The notes: a model not told the origin generated them from the sequence alone. Counted from the first letter of the stretch, positions 1 through 7,218 are shown. The stretch is DNA of 64,000 nt from Anaerolineales bacterium (GCA_035291465.1 DATDRZ010000048.1:630-64629), one strand, 5' to 3'. Made by a program: numbers and translations.

Positions 1-155
1 AGCTCTCCCTCGACCTCCGTCTCGGAGTCGGAGGTGCTCGTTAGCTCTGTCTCGCCCTCTGGACCATCTGCATCCGATGTTCGACAGCCTGTGGCGGCTA
101 TCAGCATCACAAGTAGGACAGCGGTCATCCAGGCAGAGTGCGCCTTTGTGTTCAT
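1..155 (-). CDS. N-terminus of a lipoprotein; the gene runs off the window start
   Basis: ATG at 155 (minus) opens a frame with no stop down to base 1: MNTKAHSAWMTAVLLVMLIAATGCRTSDADGPEGE... This is a signal peptide plus lipobox LIAATG|C. It is absent from the ORF track because it is truncated. Confidence 0.45.
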   Translation of the reverse strand, partial: MNTKAHSAWMTAVLLVMLIAATGCRTSDADGPEGETELTSTSDSETEVEGE

Positions 156-247
156 GGTTACTTTATCTCTCGGACAACCTGAAGGTAGTGCCAGGCGGTG
201 TCTTCCTCCAGTACGCCATTCTGCAGACTAATGATGAAACGATGTCG

Positions 248-1303
248 CTATTCCCGGATGATCCGCGCATAGATGCCCAATTGAGGAATATAGGCACCGA
301 CAGGAAAATCAGCTTTTAACTGAAAGCCTGGCTTTAGCGGAACAGCCATCGTTCCGTCCGCATAGGCTGCGCCGATTGCGTTTTCCCACATTCCACTTTC
401 ACTTGCAAACGCTCCACCACAAGCCGCCTCACCATCAATACGGCCGACGCCAGCCCCAAAAGATATGCGAATGAATATATAACTCGCCCGTATTTCAGCT
501 TTAAGCGTGACAGGACCTTTGACATCGATCCATTTCGCTTTGGAATAACAGCCAGCAGTACTATAAAGAAAGTCCCCATTATAGGTAAACTCTGAACTCC
601 CAGTATATACTGCTTTGTTATCCGGCACGAGATCAACTGACCCAATGATGCCGAACCCAGACCCCGTAAAAGGGTCCTTCCAAAAACCGATATGATATCC
701 CCAAACTCTGATCTTGCAGGGAATCACCTCGATCTCGATCTCTTCTTTACTTGTAATAGCCCGCCTCAGCTCAAACCTGCGCATCCGAAGGATGAAATCC
801 GTCGAGAACGCCGCCTCTTCAATAGTCATGTCGCCCATACCCTCCACAGCACTGATATCCCGCATCGTAAGTTGAACTGTCAGGTAATGGGTTCCCACCT
901 CGGAAAATTGGATTAAGAAGGTCGTTTTGAAAATACTATCGACGTCTTCGTCGAACGCCGGGATGGGCTTGTCTTGTCCGCTCGGAGTTCTCACTTCGGC
1001 AGTTACTGGGGCTACAAGCACATTCCCGAGATCACCTGAACGCTCGGTAACCAGCTTCGGTGTTACAGTAATCATGATAATCTCACCAGGGCAAACAGGG
1101 CCCTCAGGGGATCGCTCGATCTCGAATGAGAACGCTGCCGTTTGATCAAGCGGCGCTGCTTTGGATGGAGGAGATCCACCCAGTATCACCAGCAGCAGGG
1201 CCGTGCCTATACTGATACGCAGCCAGCGCGGGTTCAGCCTCATGCACCGCCCCAATACCGAACCAATTCTGAGAAGACCTATGACAACCAAATCGGCTTT
1301 CAT
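248..1303 (-). CDS. hypothetical secreted/membrane-anchored protein
   Basis: 351-aa ORF. The internal Met at 1243 gives MRLNPRWLRISIGTALLLVILGG, a signal-like segment. No family recognised by eye. Visibly lower GC than neighbours. Confidence 0.6.
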   Translation of the reverse strand: MKADLVVIGLLRIGSVLGRCMRLNPRWLRISIGTALLLVILGGSPPSKAAPLDQTAAFSFEIERSPEGPVCPGEIIMITVTPKLVTERSGDLGNVLVAPVTAEVRTPSGQDKPIPAFDEDVDSIFKTTFLIQFSEVGTHYLTVQLTMRDISAVEGMGDMTIEEAAFSTDFILRMRRFELRRAITSKEEIEIEVIPCKIRVWGYHIGFWKDPFTGSGFGIIGSVDLVPDNKAVYTGSSEFTYNGDFLYSTAGCYSKAKWIDVKGPVTLKAEIRASYIFIRISFGAGVGRIDGEAACGGAFASESGMWENAIGAAYADGTMAVPLKPGFQLKADFPVGAYIPQLGIYARIIRE

Positions 1304-1508
1304 ATCTTCCTCGTCCGTTCAACTGAACGAACTGTATCGTGACGGCAATCATTATAGCGCTGTTTCATACTAGACATCGCGAGGCGAGAGCGTTGTGGTA
1401 TGTTTAGGGTTTGGGGGGATTCTTGGGGGGCAGAATCACGGAGAAAACACACGTTACGGGGCTTAGTGTCGCTTATTGAAACAAGTTAGCGCTCACTTCC
1501 GCGTCAGC

Positions 1509-1564
1509 TTCCCCTCTCCCGAGGTTACGAGGGAGGTGGTCGGATGAAGTCCGGGGTGAGGTTA
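1509..1564. repeat. REP-like GC-rich hairpin element, copy 1
   Basis: CCCCTCTCCCG-N-GAGGGAGG ... GGGGTGAGGTT. Same architecture as 47116-47160 (CCCCTCTCTCG-N-GGGAGAGGG...GGGGTGAGGGT). Intergenic here. Confidence 0.4.
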
Positions 1565-1770
1565 CCTATGAAGTAAGCCTCGCCATCGAGCCGTTCTTTC
1601 CGTCTCTGGCCAGTGAAGGACACCACGATGAACAACATGAAGAACCGGAGCAGCACGATCACGCAGAGTGAAATCGTAGAATAAAAATGGGTCCCAGAGA
1701 AGACTTCTAGTTAACAGGCGCTATACGGATTCCTCGTCGCCTTCGTAGGGGCGATGCACGCGTCGCCCTC

Positions 1771-1800
1771 AGAAAAATCAGGGCGGGGTAACCCCGCCCC
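1771..1800 (-). terminator. intrinsic terminator of the lipoprotein gene 1881-3026
   Basis: Minus-strand GGGGCGGGGTTACCCCGCCC stem followed by TGATTTTTCT, about 80 nt after the stop codon. Confidence 0.6.
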
Positions 1801-1880
1801 TACCAATGATACGCTGGAGAAGCGCCTTTAATGAAGATACAGCCCTACTCTCCTCAATCACTCCTGGGGAAACGCAGATG

Positions 1881-3026
1881 CTACTCTTTGTAAAAAGCCA
1901 AAACGCATCCATAACCAGCCGGCATAGTGGAGACGCACAGATCTCCGGCCATGTAAGGCGCAATCACCACCTGGCTCAATCTCCAATTAATCAGGGTCAC
2001 ACATTCGCGTGCGTTGCAAGAGCGAAAGTCGCTGACGTTGCCGATCTCCTCAAGCTTCCAAGCGCTGTCGTCTGGCAAGTTGCGATAGAAATCCAGGAAA
2101 TCCTGGTTGCTGATCTCGAGGGGCACAAAATGGTCGTACCAATCAGAGTCGTCGCCTTCAACGCCTTCTTGCACGCTCCAAAGGATCGTGCCCTCTGGGA
2201 ACGGGATGCCGGGGTTCAGCTCGAACACTGGGAAATCCGCGGGCAAACCGATCTCAGCCAATTGGTTGATGGTGAGCAATTCCGCGGTGAACTCGCGGCT
2301 GGCTTCGCTCCCGGTGACATTGAAATGAATGTACACCGGATAATTATCTCCCTGCGCCAGGTAAATGTCTCCCTGCCCACTTTGCAGGTCGCCAACGTAG
2401 CCCACCCCGCCCAAATCGGTTTCGTCAAAGCTGAAATGATTGGCGGGTATCCCCTGGTAATCCTCCTGGGCAACGAACTCGGCGCTCTCGATCAAGTAAA
2501 TGGGGAAACTGCCCTGGCGCATATCGGCGGCATCCAGCAGCCAGTAATTCACGTCATCCGCAACCGGCTGGAACTCGGCATAGTAATAAAAAGGCGGACC
2601 ATTCTGGCCATCCTTGGTAAACATAATTCCATCGATCAGGTAGTACGAATCCTCTTCGAGGTTTCCCCCGGAGCCTGCAAAGGAAAAATAGGCGGTGTGC
2701 GAGGCAGACAAAGGCTCTTTGATATAGCCGATTAAATCCGAGTGATCGCCGTCGGCGCTGCCGCCAACGATATTATCCGTAATGATCAAAATGAAACTGT
2801 CAAGTACGCGATTATCCCCAATGGCTGCGGGGTCGAACACTGGCGGCCAGACCGTGGCCGTGGGTTCAGGCAGCGGAGTTTGCGTGGAGGTGACGGCTTT
2901 TGTGGGGACGGGAGCATTGGAGAGCTCGGACACCGCGCCCTGCTCGGAGGGTGCCTGCGGAGCCACCTGCCCGCAAGCGGACAGCATCAAACCGAAGATG
3001 AGAGCAAATTTGGCGAAGTTCTGCAT
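1881..3026 (-). CDS. lipoprotein, function unknown
   Basis: ORF trimmed to Met84 (ATG 3026), which is preceded by GGAGG. MQNFAKFALIFGLMLSAC is a lipobox. A Thr/Pro-rich linker precedes a globular domain. The upstream 83 codons of the tracked ORF overlap the repeat-rich spacer. Confidence 0.75.
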   Translation of the reverse strand: MQNFAKFALIFGLMLSACGQVAPQAPSEQGAVSELSNAPVPTKAVTSTQTPLPEPTATVWPPVFDPAAIGDNRVLDSFILIITDNIVGGSADGDHSDLIGYIKEPLSASHTAYFSFAGSGGNLEEDSYYLIDGIMFTKDGQNGPPFYYYAEFQPVADDVNYWLLDAADMRQGSFPIYLIESAEFVAQEDYQGIPANHFSFDETDLGGVGYVGDLQSGQGDIYLAQGDNYPVYIHFNVTGSEASREFTAELLTINQLAEIGLPADFPVFELNPGIPFPEGTILWSVQEGVEGDDSDWYDHFVPLEISNQDFLDFYRNLPDDSAWKLEEIGNVSDFRSCNARECVTLINWRLSQVVIAPYMAGDLCVSTMPAGYGCVLAFYKE

Positions 3027-3145
3027 GTTCAAAATTCCTCCGACGAAAGGAGCATTGCGATCAGGACCCCCGCCGCCAGCATCCAGGCAACCGTTGCGAA
3101 CGGCGTTTAGGGCCATTGGACAATCAAGTAGTTTTGCGCCGATCG

Positions 3146-3225
3146 CTTGCGTCGCCAAATAGCGACGCGTTGGAGTTCCTCGTTTGCCATATAAGTACTG
3201 GGGGTAGATCAGTGTACGGAACTCC
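3146..3225. repeat. double-hairpin intergenic element, copy 1
   Basis: CTTGCGTCGC-loop-GCGACGCGTTGGAGTTCCTCGTTTGC-(about 25 nt)-TGTACGGAACTCCA. Stem 1 is GCGTCGC/GCGACGC; stem 2 is TGGAGTTCC/GGAACTCCA. Confidence 0.55.
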
Positions 3226-3375
3226 ATATCGGAGAGCTCAACCCACGGGGGCCGTTGCGAACGGCGTGTCGTCATGCGCGCCCCGCGGCCACCGGCCCAT
3301 TAGCGGTTCACCGCTTGGTTGCCGGCTCGAATCCTGCCGGGCACACTTTTAGGCGGAATCGAATTCAAACGTTCC

Positions 3376-3457
3376 CTTGCGTCGCAAAAGAGGCGACGCG
3401 TTGGAGTTCCTCATTTGCAATTCATTGGTGGCTTTCTGGATCCTGTACGGAACTCCA
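3376..3457. repeat. double-hairpin intergenic element, copy 2
   Basis: Same blocks as copy 1: 10 + 20 + 14 nt identical, with both loops different. Confidence 0.55.
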
Positions 3458-3499
3458 GGCTAGTGCGCGCTTGCTCGGATCCGCGGCGAGCGGTTTAAT

Positions 3500-3787
3500 T
3501 CAAACATTGCCGATTACACGCCCGTCATAAGTAGCTATACGGCCGCAGAAATTACAGATGATCTCCACTGGCATCACCTTACGACCGTCGCCAACATCAA
3601 ATGCCGGCCCCGTCCTCCCGATGATCCAGTCTTCGCTGCCGCAAACCACACAGCTGGTATCGATACCCAGCCGAGTGAAATAGTCCATATGTGCTTTTCT
3701 CTGCTTATCGGTTTTCTTACGTGCTTTTCTCTGCTTATCGGTTTTCTTACGTACTTTTCTCTGCTTATCGGTTTTCTTCTTCACCAT
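3500..3787 (-). CDS. small zinc-ribbon-like protein with Lys-rich repeat N-terminus
   Basis: 95-aa ORF with two CxxC pairs (CVVCGS ... CNFCGR). The N-terminus is 3 x KKTDKQRK(V/A)(R/H), encoded by the 30-bp tandem repeat. Alternative start at Met34 (3688). Confidence 0.6.
   Translation of the reverse strand: MVKKKTDKQRKVRKKTDKQRKARKKTDKQRKAHMDYFTRLGIDTSCVVCGSEDWIIGRTGPAFDVGDGRKVMPVEIICNFCGRIATYDGRVIGNV
3691..3780. repeat. 30-bp tandem repeat x3 (in frame)
   Basis: GTGCTTTTCTCTGCTTATCGGTTTTCTTAC at 3691-3720 and 3721-3750 are identical. The third unit, 3751-3780, has 2 mismatches. Confidence 0.95.
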
Positions 3788-3987
3788 TAACCTCTCACCG
3801 CCTTCGCTATCCTATTAATCACATGGGAAATGAGGACATGCCGCTGAATCCTTAGAACAGGATACATCAATTTGTGCAATATTGGATTAGAAGGCCTAAC
3901 TCGCAATCCGAATTCGAAATGCGCCCTTTGTTTTTTATCCTTTTTCCTTGATCCCTTATCCTTATTATTTCCTCCCTCATCCTCCAT
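3787..3987 (-). CDS. possible 66-aa Lys/Asp-rich small protein (may be non-coding polypurine tract)
   Basis: MEDEGGNNKDKGSRKKDKKQRAHFEFGLRVRPS... The ATG at 3987 lies 8 nt after the stop of the upstream gene, with GGGGAG 11 nt upstream. Its stop overlaps the next ATG as TAATG. The composition is driven by the polypurine run. Confidence 0.3.
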   Translation of the reverse strand: MEDEGGNNKDKGSRKKDKKQRAHFEFGLRVRPSNPILHKLMYPVLRIQRHVLISHVINRIAKAVRG

Positions 3988-3995
3988 CCGTTTTC

Positions 3996-4505
3996 TTACT
4001 CCCCGTGTTCGTGCGCGGGCTCTCCGTTCTCGGCTTCCGCAAGGAAAGGAAACAGCGGCTCCACCGCCCGGCTGACCCCGTAGGTCACAACCCCGGCGGC
4101 CGCTCCAAGCAAAACCGCAGTCGCAAGCAAACGACCGAAGGATTGCTTGGCCAGCCCCAAAATTCGCCCCTGCGTGGCCAGCGCCACCAATGCCAAAATA
4201 CCGACCATCTCGCCTAGTTTGGAGGCAATGCCGCCGGCGTCGATGGCGCCGACTTCGTGACCGAAGGGCGCCGGCAGGTACCGCGTAACGACCCACAGGG
4301 CCACCAGGCCGCCTGCCATGGCCAGGCCCGCATAGTAGAAGGGCCGGCTGGGCCAGCGCAGGAACCCCACCGCCCAGGCGATCTCCGCCAAACCCGCGAC
4401 GGCAAAGAAGATGCCGTGCGCCGGCGCGTGAGCGTAATGCTGGGGGGCTAAATAGATATGGATGTACCCCGCAATGGCTATAGCTATACTTGCCACTACT
4501 TTCAT
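3996..4505 (-). CDS. integral membrane protein, unknown function
   Basis: 169-aa ORF with 4-5 hydrophobic helices and His-rich ends (HYAHAPAHG, EPAHEHGE). It outcompetes the overlapping Arg-rich frame 3787-4296. Confidence 0.7.
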   Translation of the reverse strand: MKVVASIAIAIAGYIHIYLAPQHYAHAPAHGIFFAVAGLAEIAWAVGFLRWPSRPFYYAGLAMAGGLVALWVVTRYLPAPFGHEVGAIDAGGIASKLGEMVGILALVALATQGRILGLAKQSFGRLLATAVLLGAAAGVVTYGVSRAVEPLFPFLAEAENGEPAHEHGE

Positions 4506-4640
4506 CTGCGTACTCCTTTCAGGCGAATCCTCTTACAGACTATTCTATCGGCACCATACCCTTTAGATCAGCAATCAGCATTCAGCAATCAGAAATTCTC
4601 CGCCTTAGTTGCCCTTGGCAACACGGCTCGCCCGCAATGA

Positions 4641-4671
4641 CAAATAAACGGCGTGGGACGCCGTTTATTTG
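4641..4671. other. perfect 14-bp hairpin between divergent genes
   Basis: CAAATAAACGGCGT-GGG-ACGCCGTTTATTTG, extendable by CCGCA/TGCGG. It looks like a bidirectional terminator but sits between two divergent gene starts. Confidence 0.5.
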
Positions 4672-4762
4672 CCTGCGGCTTGCAAGCCGCCCCTACTCTG
4701 CGGATTTGCTATATCATGTACATCACAAACAAAACACATTCGCCATCTTCCAGGAGGGCTCC

Positions 4763-5275
4763 ATGTCACCCAACCCGATCAAACAGTCCATCGAAACCGC
4801 CATCGCCTACTTAACTTCGCATCCCGACGAAGCGCGCTACACCGACAGCGCCGCGGTGGCGACGCTGGAAAGCGGGCTGCGTTTTCGGGTCAGCGATCCG
4901 GATGGGCGAACGATCACGACTGACATGCCGAAGGGCGTGGGCGGCGAAGGCATGGAGCCGGGCCCCGGATGGCTGTTTCGGGCAGCTCTGGCCTCCTGTA
5001 TCGGCAGCCTGGTCGCCATGCGAGCGGCGCAGACCGATGTGAAGCTTAGCGTGCTCGAGGTCACTGTGGACAGCGAATCGGATGATCGCGGCATATTGGG
5101 CATGGACGAAACCGTGTCTGCCGGACCGCTATCGATGCGCGTGAGCGTCAAGATGGAAGCGCAAGGCGCTGGCGAAGAGGTCTACCGCGAACTGGCGGAG
5201 TGGGCGCTGGCCCACTGCCCGGTGGCCGACGCTGTCGGCAGCGCAGTGGAGCTGAAGCTGGAGTTGCAGCGATAA
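4763..5275 (+). CDS. OsmC/Ohr family peroxiredoxin-like protein
   Basis: Trimmed to Met92 (ATG 4763), behind AGGAGGG. OsmC-type pattern with two conserved Cys contexts (LFRAALASCIGS, WALAHCPVADA). Confidence 0.85.
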   Translation: MSPNPIKQSIETAIAYLTSHPDEARYTDSAAVATLESGLRFRVSDPDGRTITTDMPKGVGGEGMEPGPGWLFRAALASCIGSLVAMRAAQTDVKLSVLEVTVDSESDDRGILGMDETVSAGPLSMRVSVKMEAQGAGEEVYRELAEWALAHCPVADAVGSAVELKLELQR

Positions 5276-5384
5276 AGGAAAGGGGCTCACCAATGATTAA
5301 TGTTCACAACTTTCTCGCCCGTTCGAATCAAGCCTCCGTTTCGTTATATTGCGCAGATTATCATTCCTACTCAAGGAGGCAAAC

Positions 5385-5558
5385 ATGACTACTCAAAAAA
5401 GCACTGGCGGAAGCAGCAATACTGCGATCGTGGCTATCGTTGTGATCTTGATCATCGTGATCGGCGCATATTTCCTGTTCATCGCTCCAGGCGGTGGTGG
5501 AGGCGGTGGTGGCAATACCATCATTCCGACGCTACCGATCGCAACCATAGCACCCTAA
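5385..5558 (+). CDS. 57-aa single-TM protein with Gly8 run
   Basis: AGGAGG lies 6 nt before ATG 5385. MTTQKSTGGSSNTAIVAIVVILIIVIGAYFLFIAPGGGGGGGGNTIIP... A strong terminator follows. Confidence 0.55.
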   Translation: MTTQKSTGGSSNTAIVAIVVILIIVIGAYFLFIAPGGGGGGGGNTIIPTLPIATIAP

Positions 5559-5574
5559 TCGGACTATAGGCCAA

Positions 5575-5613
5575 ACAAATAAGACTCCCGCTGGGAGTCT
5601 TATTTGTTTTTTT
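5575..5613 (+). terminator. intrinsic terminator
   Basis: ACAAATAAGACTCCC-GCT-GGGAGTCTTATTTGT followed by TTTTTTT. Confidence 0.8.
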
Positions 5614-5624
5614 CGGGCGACATG

Positions 5625-5825
5625 CCGTTTTTGTTTGATCTCGTACATCTCTTTTGTCAACAATCTTGATCAGCATTTCCGCATCCAACGAATCGCGCGG
5701 GAAAATACCCACGCCTACGCTGGCGGTAACGCTCATTTTCTTCTCCATCAATCTCAAAGGGCGCGCCGAAGACACCTTCGATGGCTTTGACCACGTGTCC
5801 GGCGTATTTTTCGTCCGAGAGAGTT
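5625..5825 (-). pseudogene. frameshifted C-terminal remnant of a GGDEF (diguanylate cyclase) domain
   Basis: Two frames together read ...LSDEKYAGHVVKAIEGVFGAPFEIDGEE / MSVTASVGVGIFPRDSLDAEMLIKIVDKR... This matches the distal half of a GGDEF domain (x-F-x-I-x-G-x-x-x-x-V-T-A-S-I/V-G-V). There is no N-terminal part and no start. Confidence 0.4.
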
Positions 5826-6022
5826 GGCAGCTGCGCGGGCGAGCACTTCTGCCAAGCGCTCACTCCTGGGGCTTCGTGATCACGGAGAGAGCTTCCAACG
5901 GCGCCCGGAACAAACGAAATCGGTGGTTGTCCGTTTCTACCCACCAGGGCGTCGAACTGATTCTTCGGTCAACGCACCCGTATGGTAAAATTTTTTGGCC
6001 CGAGGAATAGAAACTTAAACTG

Positions 6023-6111
6023 GGAGGGATGGCCGAGTGGCTTAAGGCGGCGGTCTTGAAAACCGTTGTGGGTGGCAACACTCACCGGGGGTTCGAATCC
6101 CTCTCCCTCCG
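6023..6111 (+). tRNA. tRNA-Ser (anticodon TGA)
   Basis: GGAGGGA/TCCCTCC acceptor, GTTCGAATCC T-arm, anticodon loop CTTGAAA, 20-nt variable arm (class II). Confidence 0.9.
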
Positions 6112-6125
6112 CTGCACCACAACCT

Positions 6126-6216
6126 GGGGAGGTCGCATAGCCTGGTCTAGTGCGCCCGCCTGCTAAGCGGGTTCCGGCGTTTTAGTCGGACGAGGGTTCA
6201 AATCCCTCCCTCCCCG
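6126..6216 (+). tRNA. tRNA-Ser (anticodon GCT)
   Basis: GGGGAGG/CCTCCCC acceptor, anticodon stem CCCGC/GCGGG with loop CTGCTAA, long variable arm, T-arm GAGGG-TTCAAAT-CCCTC. Confidence 0.85.
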
Positions 6217-6367
6217 CCTTGAATTTGGTTCATCCGCTCGTTACAATATTGAACAACCGATTGCATCAGCACTCGACAGTTTGAGAGCTTCGAAGAAGCG
6301 AGGAAACTGTAAGGTAACCGGGGCATATAGCCACTGGTTACCAACGAGGCCAATGCCCCGGTTACCA

Positions 6368-6440
6368 GCTCTCGTAGCTCAGTGGATAGAGCACTTGCTT
6401 GCGGAGCAAGGGGTCGCGCGTTCGAGTCGCGCCGAGAGCG
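6368..6440 (+). tRNA. tRNA-Arg (anticodon GCG)
   Basis: GCTCTCG/CGAGAGC acceptor, D-arm GCTCAGTGGATAGAGC, anticodon loop TTGCGGA, T-arm GCGCG-TTCGAGT-CGCGC; 73 nt. Confidence 0.9.
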
Positions 6441-6442
6441 CT

Positions 6443-6490
6443 AAATTGAAAAATGACCAGCAAAAGGGGCTGGTCATTTTTCAATTTTTA
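6443..6490 (+). terminator. intrinsic terminator after the tRNA cluster
   Basis: 19-bp perfect stem AAATTGAAAAATGACCAGC/GCTGGTCATTTTTCAATTT followed by a T-run. Confidence 0.8.
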
Positions 6491-6648
6491 AGGAGAATGG
6501 CAATAGGCAGCCTATTAATCACAGGTTTTATTGCCATTCTCCCTCATGAAAACCAGCGCAAAACTACCGCTATAATTTCTGCCGTTGCCTCCCATTAATG
6601 AAGCAAAGTCGACAGACCCTCGTCTAATCCTCTAGAGAGCGGAAAATC

Positions 6649-7218
6649 GTGGATTCCGAGCTCCTCGCCAGATGTCAATCGGGCGACCCGCAGGCAATTG
6701 AAGCGCTGGTGCATGAGCACCAGGCCAAGATTTACCGATTGTGCTTGTCCATGCTGGATGATGCCGCAGAAGCCGAGGACGCCACCCAAGAAAGTTTCAT
6801 TGCCGCGTTTAAAGCTTTAAAGAGCTACCGCGGCGACAGCGCTTTCCAGACCTGGCTGATCTCAATCGCCCTCAATGTATGCCGTTCGTCGCTGCGCCAG
6901 CGAAAGCGTCGCACGCGTCTGAGCGAGACGCTTGAGGATCCCTCGCTTTCGGGAGACAACATACCTACGCCCGAGCAGCACACTATGCGCTCGGAAGAAT
7001 CTCGGGCCTTATGGACGGCGATCTCGAAATTGGATGAGAAGCACCGCATGCCCATCTTCCTGCGCTACTACCATGAGCTTTCCACCGCGGAGATCGCCTC
7101 CGTATTAGGCATCAACGAGGGGACCGTGCATTCACGCCTGTCCATCGCCCGGACGCAGCTAGCCGGTGCGCTGAAGCGAGCCCAGGCGAGGTCGCGCAAA
7201 GCGAGGCCTGCAAAATGA
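6649..7218 (+). CDS. ECF-type RNA polymerase sigma factor
   Basis: GTG start. Region 2 (DATQESFIAAFKALKSYRG..FQTWL) and region 4 HTH (LSTAEIASVLGINEGTVHSRLSIAR) are recognisable. Confidence 0.9.
   Translation: MDSELLARCQSGDPQAIEALVHEHQAKIYRLCLSMLDDAAEAEDATQESFIAAFKALKSYRGDSAFQTWLISIALNVCRSSLRQRKRRTRLSETLEDPSLSGDNIPTPEQHTMRSEESRALWTAISKLDEKHRMPIFLRYYHELSTAEIASVLGINEGTVHSRLSIARTQLAGALKRAQARSRKARPAK

Noticed and set aside
1590-1700. Minus-strand frame encoding a hydrophobic segment (ISLCVIVLLRFFMLFIVVSF...)
   Set aside because: The only start is an internal GTG giving about 45 aa, with no RBS. The frame runs into the REP-like element, so support is insufficient.
1806-2735. 309-aa plus-strand ORF
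   Set aside because: It is entirely antisense to the lipoprotein gene 1881-3026, has no recognisable motifs, and is a typical shadow ORF of GC-rich coding sequence. The same reasoning applies to 29925-30659, 36067-37140, 40110-40820 and 52082-53074.
3300-3350. tRNA-like 3' fragment (GGTTGCCGGCTCGAATCCTGCCGGGCACA)
   Set aside because: The T-loop would be 9 nt. There is no acceptor/anticodon partner and no CCA-proximal match to any tRNA in the window. It is too degenerate to call an att scar.
3691-3780. Possible CRISPR array (30-bp repeats)
   Set aside because: The units are contiguous with no spacers. There are only three copies, they are in frame inside an ORF, and no cas genes lie nearby.
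3988-4296. Arg-rich N-terminal two thirds of the 169-aa ORF 3787-4296
   Set aside because: It overlaps the far more protein-like membrane gene 3996-4505 in another frame. Its composition (RSRSRRHRRRRH) is typical of out-of-frame GC-rich sequence. Only the distal 66 codons were kept, as a low-confidence candidate.
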